Notes: a model not told the origin generated them from the letters alone. A DNA stretch of 63,741 nt, filler included, from Globobulimina sp. (GCA_003354225.1; 24 parts of 24 records of this genome joined end to end with filler, not necessarily neighbours in it); one strand, 5' to 3'; positions 24,378 to 37,558 are shown, counted from the whole stretch's first letter. Translations and numbers: made by a program.

Positions 24378-26514
24378 ATGTCCACGAACCAGGTTATAAC
24401 TAATTATACTCCTCCACAACATGACCACCCACCCCCTCACCACACTACACAGTCCACGAAATTAAAAGTATTGCAACAATCTTTCGTCAAAGCAGACAAA
24501 GACGGTGACAGTTTGTTAAACAAAGAAGAATTCAAAGAATTTGTCGAAATCGGATACCAAAAAGTTATACACACACAACGCAAACCATACGCATCCAACA
24601 AATACACACATAAACGACTCAACATACACAGCAATGTCCACCTGGAATGTACGTCAATTTATGCAACCATTTCCACCGCGATCCCGATATAGGAATAGAT
24701 TGGAACACAGCGCGAACAGTTTGGCTCCAAGCCCAAAGTGGCTCGGCCAGATCCAAAACGCCCCAACCACCCAAACAACAAAACGGCATCGCCCAAACCT
24801 CCAATAACATAAAACAAGCCTTCATCCAATGCGACAAAGACGGCGACGGCCTCCTCAACAAACAAGAATTCCATCAATTCGTCAAAGTCGGCTTTAAAAA
24901 GGTATAATATATACATAAACATACCCGAATTTGCGAATATTAAATAAAATAACTATTAAAACACAGCCATCAGTGCCTAATGGAATGTACGAACAGGTTT
25001 GCGGCCATTTTAAGAAGGACCCTTCGATCGGCATTGACTGGTTAAGTGCCTTTGCGTTATGGAAGCAATCCAATCCAAATGCGGGTACAACCAAAGCAAA
25101 CAAGAAAAGTGCGAGCAACAACAAAGCCACCACCCCGCCGCCAAAGAAAAATTTGAAAAAACCGCCCAATTTACATCGACTGCAAACGGTACAGACCCTC
25201 ACTTCGAGCAAATCGGGCAAATCACCCAAAGGCAAACTACCTCCGGTCGGGCAACTATCGCCCACCAAATCCACCGGACAGTTATACGCCAAACACCAAA
25301 ACCGGGAATCTTACAGCGGCTCTGGCTCTGCTTTGACCGAAAGGAATTTGCGTTTAGTAATGTTTCCCTATCCTTGCACTCAAAGTATCGTAGTATCCAC
25401 AGCTTCAGTTTGCAAACTCAAATACATTCATAATACACAGGAGCATTGGAGAAAGGCAACGGATATTCCAACAAATCGCTGCAAGACGACGAGCAATCGG
25501 TGGAAAGTGACCGCAGTTTCCGGTCTCAAAACCGCCGGCTTCGGCGCGCCGGCTCCACTTCGCGGGCCAATGCCAGTTTTGATGACGGTGTGGATGCCAC
25601 GCAAATGGTGGTGCAAATGATGGAGACCAAAGTGAAAAACTTGCAGAGTCAGTTGCGATTAGAACGCACCAAACGAAAAAAAACGGAGGAATTGGCCCAG
25701 TCGCTGTTGACTTCAAACGAAGAGTACAAAAAACAAACGGCAGACTTGAATCAGTCGCATAGCAAAATAAAGAGCGAAAGCAAACAAATCAAGGACCAAT
25801 TACGTAAATTGAAGCAGATTGTGGACGATGACAGGAATACTATCAAACACTTGAAAGAGCAAAGGAAGGCAATCAAGGCGGAGCGAGATGAGGGCTATGG
25901 ACTGTTGTCGAAGATTGAGAAGGAGCACGCGATTATGGTTAAAAAAGAGAAGCAAAAACATAAGGAACAAATGGAGAAATTAAGTGCGGGCTTTTTGCAG
26001 AGTTTGGGCGCCGAGCCAGGCAAAGATGTCACCACTGTCATTAAGGAATTGAAGGAGGAAAATATTGATCTAAACAGGTTAATTTATATATGATTATTTG
26101 CACGATTTTGCAGTTTGAAACTGACACATAATTTGAATGGAAACTAAATTATATTTTGTATACAAATATTTTTCAGTTTCAAACTGGAAAATGTACACTA
26201 TTTTGAGTTTGAAACTGAAATCAAAATTTTGTATGCACATATTTTTCCGTTTCAAACTGATCAAAATTGAATGTACACAGACGAGTGAACGAATTGGCAG
26301 CTACTTTGGCGCGAAAATCTGAGTCGTTGCTCCACGCCTTATCGGCAGTGGACAATTTGGCTATGATTGACGAGAAAAACCAGTTAAACGAATTAATCAA
26401 CGAAGTACAGGCACCGTCGGGTCACATCAGCACGACGAGCAAAGACAAAATGAGGAATAAGTTCAAAGAGTTGAATCAGAGGCGTAAAAGCATAACGTTT
26501 AAGAAAATGAAGAG
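24378..26514 (+). CDS. Tandem EF-hand + coiled-coil protein, 3'-truncated; introns 24564-24631, 24902-24966, 25352-25440, 26078-26280
   Basis: EF loops DKDGDSLLNKEEF and DKDGDGLLNKQEF; four GT..CAG introns join the ORF pieces in frame. Confidence 0.8.
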
Positions 26515-26705
26515 NNNNNNNNNNNNNNNNNNNNNNNNNNNNNNNNNNNNNNNNNNNNTTAATTAATTAANNNNNNNNNNNNNNNNNNNNNNNNNNNNNN
26601 NNNNNNNNNNNNNNAATGTTCAAAAAATACAAAATTAAAAAAAAACGAAAGTTTATAGCAAAAAAAAGTTTTAAACAATAACAAAAAAAGATAGAATATC
26701 GAAAT

Positions 26706-28265
26706 TTAAACACACGCAACTTTCACTTTAACGGATGTCACATTATTGTTATTCACATGGTTACTTTTATTTATTTGGTGCGCATTGTTAACAATTATTT
26801 TCCTATTTTGTTTTTTCTTGTTCTGCAGATGTGTGTGGTTCAGCAAATATTTTATGGGCAATGGTGTAATCACATTATTGCTTTTCTTATGATTCAGAAT
26901 TTTGTGATTCTGCTGACTTGACTGCGTCGAATGATTTTTTTGAGCTGAATGTCTTTGCAATGACGTATTTTTATACAACGCGGCGGTGTCTGCCGATATG
27001 CTGTCATCACCATCATCGACAATATATGGCGATATATCTGGTTCGAGTGACATCGTACTAATTGTAGTTATTGTAGTTATTGTTTGTGTTGTTTGCGTTT
27101 TCAAAATGGTTACATCCGCATTTTGATTGTTTTCACCTTCATTCTCTGTTTGTTTTTTATGTCTAATCCGATCGGCAGCAAATGGATTATTATTCGTATT
27201 TGTTTTTTTGTGCAATTTAACCTCATTGCCATCGCCATACGACATCATTATTGGTTTAATGATATGATTTTTATTACCAATGAACACTTCACGTTCTCCG
27301 TTATCTGAATAATATGCATCTGATTCAACACATTCCTCATTGCGCTTACAATTTATATTTATATTCTCATCATTTCCACAGTGATGTGGTGTCGCTTTCT
27401 TTTTATTTTTCCGTTTCTGTTTATTACAATTATTTATTTCTGAACTAGTTCTCCGTTCAAATGGTATATTAATATCAATGTTTACCGCATTTATTTGCGC
27501 TGCCACTGCGATTTTATTATTATTGTTTACTACCAATTCAACACTCTCTTCGATTACAACCTCTTTAATATCATCCAAACTGTTTTGATTGGATTGCAAT
27601 TGTATGACATGGTTTTTATGTAAGGTATCTTTGATATCTTTTAGCGTTTTTTGCTTCGAAATACCAATATCATACTCAGAATCTTTAAATTTAAACCGGA
27701 AACAAAATGTATGTCTCGCTTTACACAGATAGACGCAAACAGGGACAGCGATGAATAAACCAAAGGCAATGCATGAAATACCAGATATTATATTGTATTT
27801 ACAGGAATAGTATATCGCAGTCACTATGGATGTGATCGGGAATGGAATAATAACACAAAAACACAATATATCACTTTTTGAACATATATGTTGTTGATAT
27901 CCGTCATAATAAAAATCACTGTTTCTGGTGATTGGATCAAATATAATGCGAACCGAATCTCCTTTTTTACATTCACTGCACGATTTATTTATTGTTATTT
28001 TTGCGTTCCAAAAGGGAGTGGGATATGGTGGATTTGTTGAAAATTTATAATGGACAAAGTGTTCCTCTCTTGATTCATCAGAGTGTTTATGCGATGTTCC
28101 TGTTATTATTCCAGTTGTTGGGACGCCAAATAATTTTAAGCGTGATGCTATGTAACATTCATGAAATAAATAAAAAACGAGAATGTATCCAATTCCACAT
28201 GTTTGGATACTCCATAATAAACCTATTGTAACTGGCACAATTAAATCCGAATCTAGCACTGACAT
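26706..28265 (-). CDS. Membrane protein with DUF3592-like small beta domain and long low-complexity tail
   Basis: TM, then GVPTTGII..VHYKF..KKGDSVRIIFDP, then two more TMs. Confidence 0.55.
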   Translation of the reverse strand: MSVLDSDLIVPVTIGLLWSIQTCGIGYILVFYLFHECYIASRLKLFGVPTTGIITGTSHKHSDESREEHFVHYKFSTNPPYPTPFWNAKITINKSCSECKKGDSVRIIFDPITRNSDFYYDGYQQHICSKSDILCFCVIIPFPITSIVTAIYYSCKYNIISGISCIAFGLFIAVPVCVYLCKARHTFCFRFKFKDSEYDIGISKQKTLKDIKDTLHKNHVIQLQSNQNSLDDIKEVVIEESVELVVNNNNKIAVAAQINAVNIDINIPFERRTSSEINNCNKQKRKNKKKATPHHCGNDENININCKRNEECVESDAYYSDNGEREVFIGNKNHIIKPIMMSYGDGNEVKLHKKTNTNNNPFAADRIRHKKQTENEGENNQNADVTILKTQTTQTITTITTISTMSLEPDISPYIVDDGDDSISADTAALYKNTSLQRHSAQKNHSTQSSQQNHKILNHKKSNNVITPLPIKYLLNHTHLQNKKKQNRKIIVNNAHQINKSNHVNNNNVTSVKVKVACV

Positions 28266-28603
28266 TGTCCAATAACTTATATAAACTATAAAAACTCACT
28301 TCTGAACAAAGTTTGGTCATGTCGCCACAAAAGTCATTATGATATTGCAAATGAATGATATGTGGGCTATCTTACGTAGATATGCAGGCTATAGATTATG
28401 GATTCAAATTGGTGGACAGATTGTAAACCTCTCCCCAACTTATAATACCCATCAAATACCAGCGTACCAAAGACAATCCAAGACAAAAATATAGCAAACC
28501 GTTTCTGGATTTGCAAAGCGTTATCGATCAGGGGGGTGTGGGGGGTTATCTTTTGGAATATATATCGTTGACACAAGAAACTCTGTAGTGCGAAAAACGT
28601 TCA

Positions 28604-28977
28604 TTAGATATATATATTAAGCCAAGGCTGTATGGATCGAAACACAAATCTACCAAATTTTATATATCCAGCTTGTGTTAAATGTAATCCATCGTCCCAG
28701 AATAGCTCACGTTGTTTATCACTCATTGAATGGTATGGCATCAATTTGCATAGATCAGAAACGAACATTTTTGATCTATGGTTTGCATAAAAATCAAATA
28801 TTTTCGAATTAATTTCATTTTTTGCTTTCAATGACCAATCAGTATCAAATTTAGACTCAGGGATTGTTACCGCTGTACACATTCTATTATCTTCATCAAT
28901 GATCGTTGTATAAATTTGTTTCAATGAATCCCAAATTATTTCTGGTTTTACACTCATTCCCAAATCATTTGAGCCAC
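28604..28977 (-). CDS. SGNH/GDSL hydrolase, last exon (5' part missing)
   Basis: GGSNDL (block III) and DDGLHLTQAGY (block V, DxxH); preceded by a CATAG acceptor. Confidence 0.8.
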
Positions 28978-29274
28978 CTATGTGAGGGTTTGAAAGCTTT
29001 CTACAAGCATACAAAAAGCGGATTTGAAAGTTTGTCCGAAGAAATTAAAAAACAAAGAAGTCAAGAACGGCCCTAACAAACGGTTCCACCGATTTCTTTA
29101 TAAAGTTCTTTCATCACTGCGGCGGCTTGTGGGCTGTAAGTGCCGATGAGGGTAAAGGGTGGGTTCAAATAATCNNNNNNNNNNNNNNNNNNNNNNNNNN
29201 NNNNNNNNNNNNNNNNNNTTAATTAATTAANNNNNNNNNNNNNNNNNNNNNNNNNNNNNNNNNNNNNNNNNNNN

Positions 29275-30489
29275 ATGATTGGAATATCTGCTAGTTTGCC
29301 TGGTTCTGAATGCATTACATTGAAACTGGGTGTATTTGTCTGTGAATCGTATGGTGAAGTATTGGCAGATCGTGCACCTAAATTCTCATAACTGAGCCTC
29401 AACGGCGTTACCGGTGTCCTTTGTGGTGTTACACGTTTTTTGTGTCGTTTAAATGACATAGCTATCGGTGATGGTGTTATATTGAATTTCTTTGCAAATG
29501 TAGCCTGATTTGAAGCTTTTGATCTCAATCCTTTTGATTTGTATTTTTTTGGTTTATTTTTGTATTTTTTCGGCATTTTGCGCAGAGATTTGGATCCTTT
29601 TTTTAATTTCAGTTTGTTTGGAATGGACTGCGATTTAAAATGGTTTTTCTCAATGATATCGTCGATGTCAATAAATGTATCCAAATTTGCATTCTCCTCC
29701 AAATGCAATGGTGACGAGGTCGACATTGCCAACATGTCACTGCTGACACTCACCGATTTCTGATGAGTGAGTGGCACAAAACTGGCTGGTTTTTTCTTTG
29801 ATTTTGTGGATGTTCTGGTCTTGAAGGCGCTGTATATTTATATATGGTCAGATATTTCTGTGCATGAAATATGCGAATTCGCGTTTAACGGACCTGCCAA
29901 GAGCCTTAATTATTTTATTAGGTCTTACAAATAAGCCTTTCCCCTCTCTGCATTGAAAATATTTCCTGCCATAAATAGTGCCATTAGTATTGCCATCGGC
30001 GCTATTTTCTAACACAATGCCCACCCAAACACCATTCGCAAATGAGGTCTGTCCGATGAATTGACATATACCGATACGGCCGTCATCCAATTCGTATCTG
30101 CGCTTAGCGTGTATTTCTATGTTTTCTTCTCTGCGATGTGTGATGGGCGAATTGCGCAAACTGCGATAATATTTGTTGCTCTTGTTGGAGGCTTGCGTTT
30201 TTATTTTTAATTCGTGTATGCCGTTTAGGTGGTGGTTGGTGTCATTTATAGGGGTGATTCCCGGCGTGATTATAGGTTCGCTCATCGATGTGGATGTGAA
30301 TGATTGTATGGAGGGTGGCGAGTGGATTGAGTACATATACGATGTGGTGTGCAGAGTGTTGGTTGTTATATCTGTATCTTCATTCTCTGGGAGTGCAATT
30401 TTGTCAATCATTATTGGCGTCGGTGTCGATTTATATGTTGGAAGAGATCGCGTGGGTTCACTTAATGCTACGTGATCAAGCGTTGCCAT
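29275..30489 (-). CDS. CAP-Gly domain protein, 3'-truncated; intron 29893-29830
   Basis: GICQFIGQTSFANGVWVGIVL..GNTNGTIYGRKYFQC..GKGLFVRP; 64-nt intron restores frame. Confidence 0.85.
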
Positions 30490-30838
30490 TAGCTAACAAC
30501 AATTCGTTGATGTTCATTAAATCAAGCTTTTACTTGAGTCGTACCAAACCGCAGCATCTTTCTCACCAGGTATGTTATTGTTAAATAATTCAACTAAGTA
30601 TACGGTAGTCTGAGCGTTCGTTTTTGAAAATTAGGCGTGAGGATTTTCACACAAAAACAATTGTTTTTCATAGTGATGGATCCTTGCTCACAGCTTCATT
30701 ATTGTATGAATATACCTAACTTAATACGATATTATAACAAAAAAAACAATCAAAACAAAAAAAACAATCAAAATTGGACTATTATAATCCATAACTAAAA
30801 GTTTTTTATATATACATCACTTTTTATAATTATTCACC

Positions 30839-31834
30839 TTACATCCATGAAAAAATCATCATTACAAATCCAATTACCATCCTAATTGCATATTGATTTG
30901 CGCGCCCTTGAACTCCTGGTTCTTGACAGATACCACAACCACTATTAACACCATCCTCTTTACAAATCTCATAACTCTCACATTCACCCTCTCCCACTTT
31001 GCACCCAGTGCCACATTCACCTGATACCGCTGCTGCGGTCGTTCCTGTTTCAATTATCATTATTCCACTTGTTGCTGTATATATAATCAAAATATTATAC
31101 AATATATATGCAAACCAACATACTTAACTTGTAATATCTTGACTGACATCACACGTTCCACACATATCCGTTGACGTATTTTTCACACACTTGCCTTGAA
31201 CCCCACTATTCGCAAATTGACAGTCAACATCTTCAGCACATTCCGCACATTGACAAACACCACAAATAGTAGAGCTTCCAAGCGTACTTTCTACACAAAT
31301 CATACCCCCACCGCATCCATTATAGGCCGCACTAAATATACATTCGCCAGTATCACTACACCTATTTTTGAGTAAACAAATGCCACAGCCAGTATTTGCA
31401 TCGATATCACCACATTCATATTCACTTAATACACAACCTGCATCATCCTCGCATCCATTTGGACAGATATCCACCGTTGTTGTTGTTGTAAATGCAGGAT
31501 CCGGGAAAACGCAAACTTTACAACCATCATCGTTGACATCAACACACGATCCTACAGCGCCCGGTGTTGTTGCCGCAGTGCATTCTGACGTACTTTCGCA
31601 GGTTGCAATACCGTAACAGGCATATTGGCAGCTATTACATGTATAATCACCCCACGCAGATGGTAAACATTGATAAGAATTGCCATAATTACTACAAGCA
31701 GCAGTATTTGCTGTGTCACAATTATATGGATAACTACTACATGGATCTTGACACGTTGTACAGCCGGATGTCGAATCAAGCAAACATACCAAATTACTGC
31801 CTAATGATGAACATGCATTGAGAGTGGGATCGGG
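30839..31834 (-). CDS. Cys-rich surface protein with C-terminal hydrophobic (TM/GPI-like) tail, 5'-truncated; intron 31128-31075
   Basis: Repeated CxxC/CGIC units; 54-nt intron; hydrophobic C-terminus. Confidence 0.75.
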
Positions 31835-32769
31835 NNNNNNNNNNNNNNNNNNNNNNNNNNNNNNNNNNNNNNNNNNNNTTAATTAATTAANNNNNNNNNN
31901 NNNNNNNNNNNNNNNNNNNNNNNNNNNNNNNNNNAATAAATAATATGCACGCATATGTAGTTTATAATTATTTTTTGTTGGCATAACACAATCTCAGTCA
32001 AAAAATATTTCACTTTATTATTTAATTTAATAATCATTCCTGTTTTTTCATCAGTAAATCTCATCGCTATTTCTTTATATTCGATGGTTGAATTTGGCCA
32101 TTTAATCTGATTGCAAATAATGGAATATTCATTAATATCGACATACCCGTAAAAAAGGACAACTTTCTCCTCTGTTACGTGATTTTATATTGTGATTTCA
32201 CAGCTTTTTGTACCGATTTCTCATCCACATTCAGACCAATTTATAATAATTAAAAATTAAAAAAAATATCATTTTATTGCTAAATATTTAAGGGAATTAG
32301 TACAATATTATGGAATTAGAGGATATGCTGAATGTAAATGATCACAATATATATGTATCCTCATATGCATTAATTTTATTCATCATTAAAACAAGAAGCC
32401 ATAAATTCAAAATTTATTACAATTCAACAATTTAATCAAATAATTATACCTTAAACTTGCACAATATCTGTATAACACTATAAGTTATACATTCTCATTT
32501 TGTATTGCTTGCCGCGGCGCGGAATTACAATTTAATTCCAAATCAACATGCAAGCTCATATCGATTGGAGCTTTTAAATGATATATATATCCATACACTT
32601 TATCATTACTGAAGATGGAGTGATGTCGTATGTTGATATGTGTTATACCTATGTCTGCGCAGGTTTTCTTTCTAGTTGATATTGTCCTGGATGTGAATCA
32701 CTTGCTATATTGTTAAAGATGTTTTTTGTGCCTTAAATTAACACCTGGTCATGTTTCACAACAAGAAAA

Positions 32770-34222
32770 ATGGCCCTATTTTCGTTTCGATTTTTGCTGA
32801 TTATCATTGCATTTATTTTGTTATACCTAGTCATTAGCGTTTATGTATTGAGAACCATTGAACAGCCGATCGATAATACAGTGTCAACAGCCGATATCAA
32901 TCTTGTGCCATTGGACGGAATTACTGAGGATTATAAAGTTGATGTGTATAAAGAATGTGGACCATTGAATATTACAAACACCTTTGTATCGTGTATAAAA
33001 GCACTGCAATCCATGTTGTCAGTGAATGGCACAATAATTACCAATTCATGCCACAATGTTGCAATCTCCAAACCTGATTTTAGTTTCTTTGAAGACTTTA
33101 TGATTTTAAATCCGTCGCTATTTTTTGAGATAAATTGCATCGTCAAAACAAACGATATATTGATATCAATACATGTTAAATATAAAAATGAATTAATATT
33201 AGCTATGTATGAATATTTAGTGTATCGTCAATATAGCTCATCAGCAATAACATATTACGGCGTTAATGAACAAATATGGATTGATTTCAACAGGAGATGT
33301 TTGAACAGATACTTTGGAAGCACACTACAAATATTCCATGCAGAGTTTGCTCATTCTTTAACTGATCCGCCACAAAGATACAATCCAGTCATTCCTCATT
33401 GGATTCACGTGGATGAGATATGGTGTAATAACACAAATAAATGGAACTGTTATTTTCTGCCTTGTTTTGACACAAAATTGCATGAACTGGTTGATAAATT
33501 TAACCGTTTTAAAGATACTGCAAACATTGAAACGCTTTTAGAAGAATGGAGGAATACATTCGAGCGAGTGTTTCGAAGAATGCATTTGGTTTCGTTTTTA
33601 ATTCGACCCAATATTAAATTTGAATCAATATTATTTGAATTAAACAAGAAACTGAAACATTGGAACTTTGACCAGGAAAAATGTGTTGCCGTACATCTAA
33701 GATACGGCGATAAGATCACTGAGTGCCATATATATAGAGATGGCTGCGAGTTTGAGATCGGAATTGACGAATATTTACAAAAAGCATTGATTATTTTGGT
33801 ATGTTGCGTGTGTTTACTTTGATTAAATTGAAAAATGAAAAGAAAAATTAAAAAAGAAAAGAATTGATGCGAACATTGTGTTTATTATGACTGACGATGA
33901 AAGCAAATGCATTTTGGATAATGATGAAAGATTGAAAGCTGAATACAGACATTTGCGATTTTATTGTATCAGCGGTAAAGGACAATTATTAGCAAATTTT
34001 GGGGAAGAAATTGTTGAGAATGTTAAGGATAAAACATTGGAGTTTGCTTTGATGTATTTATCATTTCGATGGGCCAAACATTGCCAAGGTTTTGTTGGTA
34101 ATTTTGACAGCAACGTAGCAAGTCTGACATATATGTTTATGTGTGATCATAATGGTAAATGTCCATATCATTATTCATTCGATAAAGCTCATTTAAAGCA
34201 TCCAAGACTGACATGGGGATGA
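32770..34222 (+). CDS. Alpha-1,6-fucosyltransferase-like (GT23-type) type II membrane glycosyltransferase; intron 33799-33856
   Basis: N-terminal TM; VAVHLRYGDK, FIMTDD and FVGNFDSNV GDP-fucose-binding motifs. Confidence 0.8.
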
Positions 34223-34348
34223 TCCAACATTGCATTATTCTGAAAACTTGCATTTTATAAATATATTTTTTCCTATGCATGTGGGTTGTATTTGGTTATT
34301 GCAGGACGTAATTTGCCAACATTCCTTAACGTTCCATACTTCTGATGA

Positions 34349-34474
34349 TCAGTTCATGTCCTTATCTATCGAATTAGCTTGAAAGGTTTTTTGCTCAAGC
34401 CATTTGCTATACCAGCGTTTTTCTATGTCATGAAATGCGTACGATTTGTCAAGTTGTGGTTCGTTGGTTGTCAT
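34349..34474 (-). pseudogene. 41-codon fragment resembling the N-terminus of bacterial valyl-tRNA synthetase
   Basis: Hand translation MTTNEPQLDKSYAFHDIEKRWYSKWLEQKTFQANSIDKDMN*; matches the L.K.Y....IE.RWY..W.....F start of ValRS. Confidence 0.6.
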
Positions 34475-34594
34475 AGGATTTTTAATATGTGTAANNNNNN
34501 NNNNNNNNNNNNNNNNNNNNNNNNNNNNNNNNNNNNNNTTAATTAATTAANNNNNNNNNNNNNNNNNNNNNNNNNNNNNNNNNNNNNNNNNNNN

Positions 34595-36853
34595 GAAATC
34601 GCGAAATATGACGAATATAAACACCATTTGCTGTCCCATTTAGTGAGTATGAAATTGACATACTGGGATATCAAAATTCGTAATCTCGCAGCCAAAGCAT
34701 TGTATGAATTGTGTGAGTTGGATGTTGCATATATGGTCGATACTGTATTGCCAATATTAATCAACCGCTGCCAATCCCAGTCTGTATTCGAACGGCATGG
34801 AGCTTTATGCGGCATCGCTTTGATTATCCGCAGGTTAACGGAATTAAATAGTGATTTTAGCAGTGATTTGCAGAAACATATTAAAAATATCATACCGCGC
34901 TTAGAAAAGAACCGTGGTTATCGAGGTCGTGGCGGCGACCGGATACGAATGGAATGTTGCAATGTCATGGAAGCGTACTTCGACGCAAAATTTACATTAT
35001 CACGGAAAGGCATTGACCGATATCAGCAGAGCATTGACGAAAACCTGCGCATCGCACAGGAAATTGTGCAGAATTCCGCGCAAAACGCATTGACTGCGCT
35101 GAGCAAGAACTATTACGATCGGATCGAGGAATTCATCGCAGTGCGCTGTGAACAGATCACTGTGAAATGGTGCACTGTGTTACAGAAAGAGATAATTGCA
35201 TCGGTTACGCGCGGATACTGTCGTGGTTTGGGAGTGTTGTCCAGCAAATTGATATTACCTCATTTGAAGTTGGTGGTTGACACATTGATAAAGAAAACCT
35301 TGATCACAGAGAAAGAGGACACGCGCGATTACGAAACGCGGAAGTTTGCCTGCATTGCTTTGGCGGATTTGATGCATAATATCGGTGTTCGGGAAGAGTA
35401 CGAATATGAATGGGACGTCGAGGAGGATGCGGACACCAAAATGGATGTTGACGAGGACGAGGATGAGCTGTTGGCGTTGGGGATGGATTTGGATGTTACA
35501 AAGCGGAGATATGAGAGGAACAGACATAATGTGATCGTGGATGAGCAGTTTCGATTTGTTTTCGAGCGCAGCGGCGCAGAAAGTTCGTTGTTGTATGACC
35601 GTATCATCGGTGCTCTGTTGCTGCGTTTCGAAGACTATGAAGTGGACAGAAGAGGCGATGTTGGCTCGTTTGTGCGGCAACATTTGCTGTTACAGATCGT
35701 GCGTTGTATGGTGTTGTTGGCCAAAGCGGGCAAAAAAAAGGACGGTGAAACGCCATGGCTACGGCCGGCATTACCAACGTTGATATTAAATATGATATTA
35801 AGGTACAATGTATCTGCCATGCTTTACAGAAACAGAACTATGTGATTTTAGCATACATAGATCAAATGCGCGCATTGTATATTTCTGTTTGTGTACATTT
35901 TTGCATTGCTTTGCGTCGTCAGACAATTAGCAGAGAAATTGGATCGTGTCCGGCGTGCAGCGGGCTCGATAATTGAGTTTATTTTTGACAGCGACGATGA
36001 AGATATCCAGGCCATCCGTTTTGAGTCAGATGCGCAGATTCGCTCAATATTGGCCAATCAGTCGGGAAGTGACTGGAGTGCGCCAGCCGTGGTATTTCCA
36101 GTATTGGTCAAGGCGTTGGACTTAGAATCTTATCGACGATGTCTTATCGAAGGGTTGATTCAAAGCGTTGGCTGCATAAATTCGACAATGAGTAAATTGG
36201 CGCTCGCTGCGTTGGAGCCGTATTTAAATGGATTATCTACGCATTCTGAAGCAAACCAAGCGAATATAAGTCAGTTGGTATTGATTAGTAAGGATTTAAT
36301 TTATTGTCTGCAAAAAAGGCATTTGAATCAATTATTTATGGTTCCTTTTTTAAAGGCGATTGGCATTTTGTTGGCGGACAAAATATATTTCGAGCCATTG
36401 CAAACAATGTCTGCCGGGAAGGAGTTTGCGGTCTCAATGTACAATCAATTAAAAAAAGAGTGTTATAAATCGACGGATATATTGAAGTTATTGACCAGCG
36501 TCAAAGTGTGGATTGGACTGATTTTGTTTCCTGACACTCGCGAAGTGGCATTGCAGCGATTGATGATTTTTATGGGTTATCAATATCCAGCATTGAGGAA
36601 ACAAACTTGTTTGCAGTTATCATCGGCCATTCATGTGTTTGGAGAGAAACTTATTTGCGACGAAGAGAAACAAAATGAAGTATTTGAATATTTGTCGAGC
36701 AATCTTTGGGGCGGAGATGATTTGGATTTGATTCGGGAACAAAGAAATAAGTTATTTGAAATGTTTGATATTACGCCGCCGAAATTAAAGCCATTGAAAA
36801 AGAAGAAAAAAAGAAAAGTTCAAAATGAAAATAATGAACAAAAGGGCGATTGA
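34595..36853 (+). CDS. TBCD: Tubulin-folding cofactor D, C-terminal part; intron 35803-35922
   Basis: HLVSMKLTYWDIKIRNLAAKAL, RHGAL, YRGRGG, DYEVDRRGDVGSFVR and QLAEKLDRVR are characteristic TBCD motifs. Confidence 0.92.
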
Positions 36854-37043
36854 TTTTGATTGACTGCTTTGCTTTGCTTTGCTTTGACATTATTATAAAT
36901 CAGCATTGAAGCAATCGTCCAATACAACCTTGTCTGTTTTTAAGTTGCTTTTGTTATCGATGAAATGCAAGGATATAATAATTATTACAGGTTAAAAAAA
37001 AGAAAATCATATGTATGGAGTTGGTTGATTTGAGGCAATTCCT

Positions 37044-37154
37044 TCATTCATTTGCGGTTTATTTTGAATAAGTTTTTGAATCTCATTAAATACCGCTCGT
37101 CTTATTGATATATTTTTAATTCCCATCGATTTAAGTTCATTTTTATCAATTTCT
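37044..37154 (-). CDS. C-terminal SAM-domain-like fragment of a gene starting off-contig
   Basis: EIDKNELKSMGIKNISIRRAVFNEIQKL resembles SAM helices 4-5. Confidence 0.5.
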
Positions 37155-37255
37155 NNNNNNNNNNNNNNNNNNNNNNNNNNNNNNNNNNNNNNNNNNNNTT
37201 AATTAATTAANNNNNNNNNNNNNNNNNNNNNNNNNNNNNNNNNNNNNNNNNNNNT

Positions 37256-37373
37256 TTAATGTCGGGTATTTAATGTTGACATGAAAAAAGCTTTGTGGAT
37301 TTATTTTTTTTGCTCCACACTACTGTTTCACAAGTAAGAAAACTCCACAATTCTGTTCCGCAAAAAATGTGCC
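37256..37373. repeat. Conserved 118-bp module, copy A (homolog at 47309-47426)
   Basis: Ungapped alignment, 89/118 identical by hand count. Confidence 0.85.
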
Positions 37374-37558
37374 AGGTGATTGGGACATTAGATTTACATT
37401 AGGTGGCCGACAACACGTCACCTCTAGCCATTAATTATTCATATTTTATCATTATTTTGCTGCTGGAATGATGGCAGATTGTAACTGGAGAGACACTCCA
37501 TGGTCTCGCTCTGCTAAACGTGTTTTATTAGATTGATTTATGTTTTTTATTGCATAAA

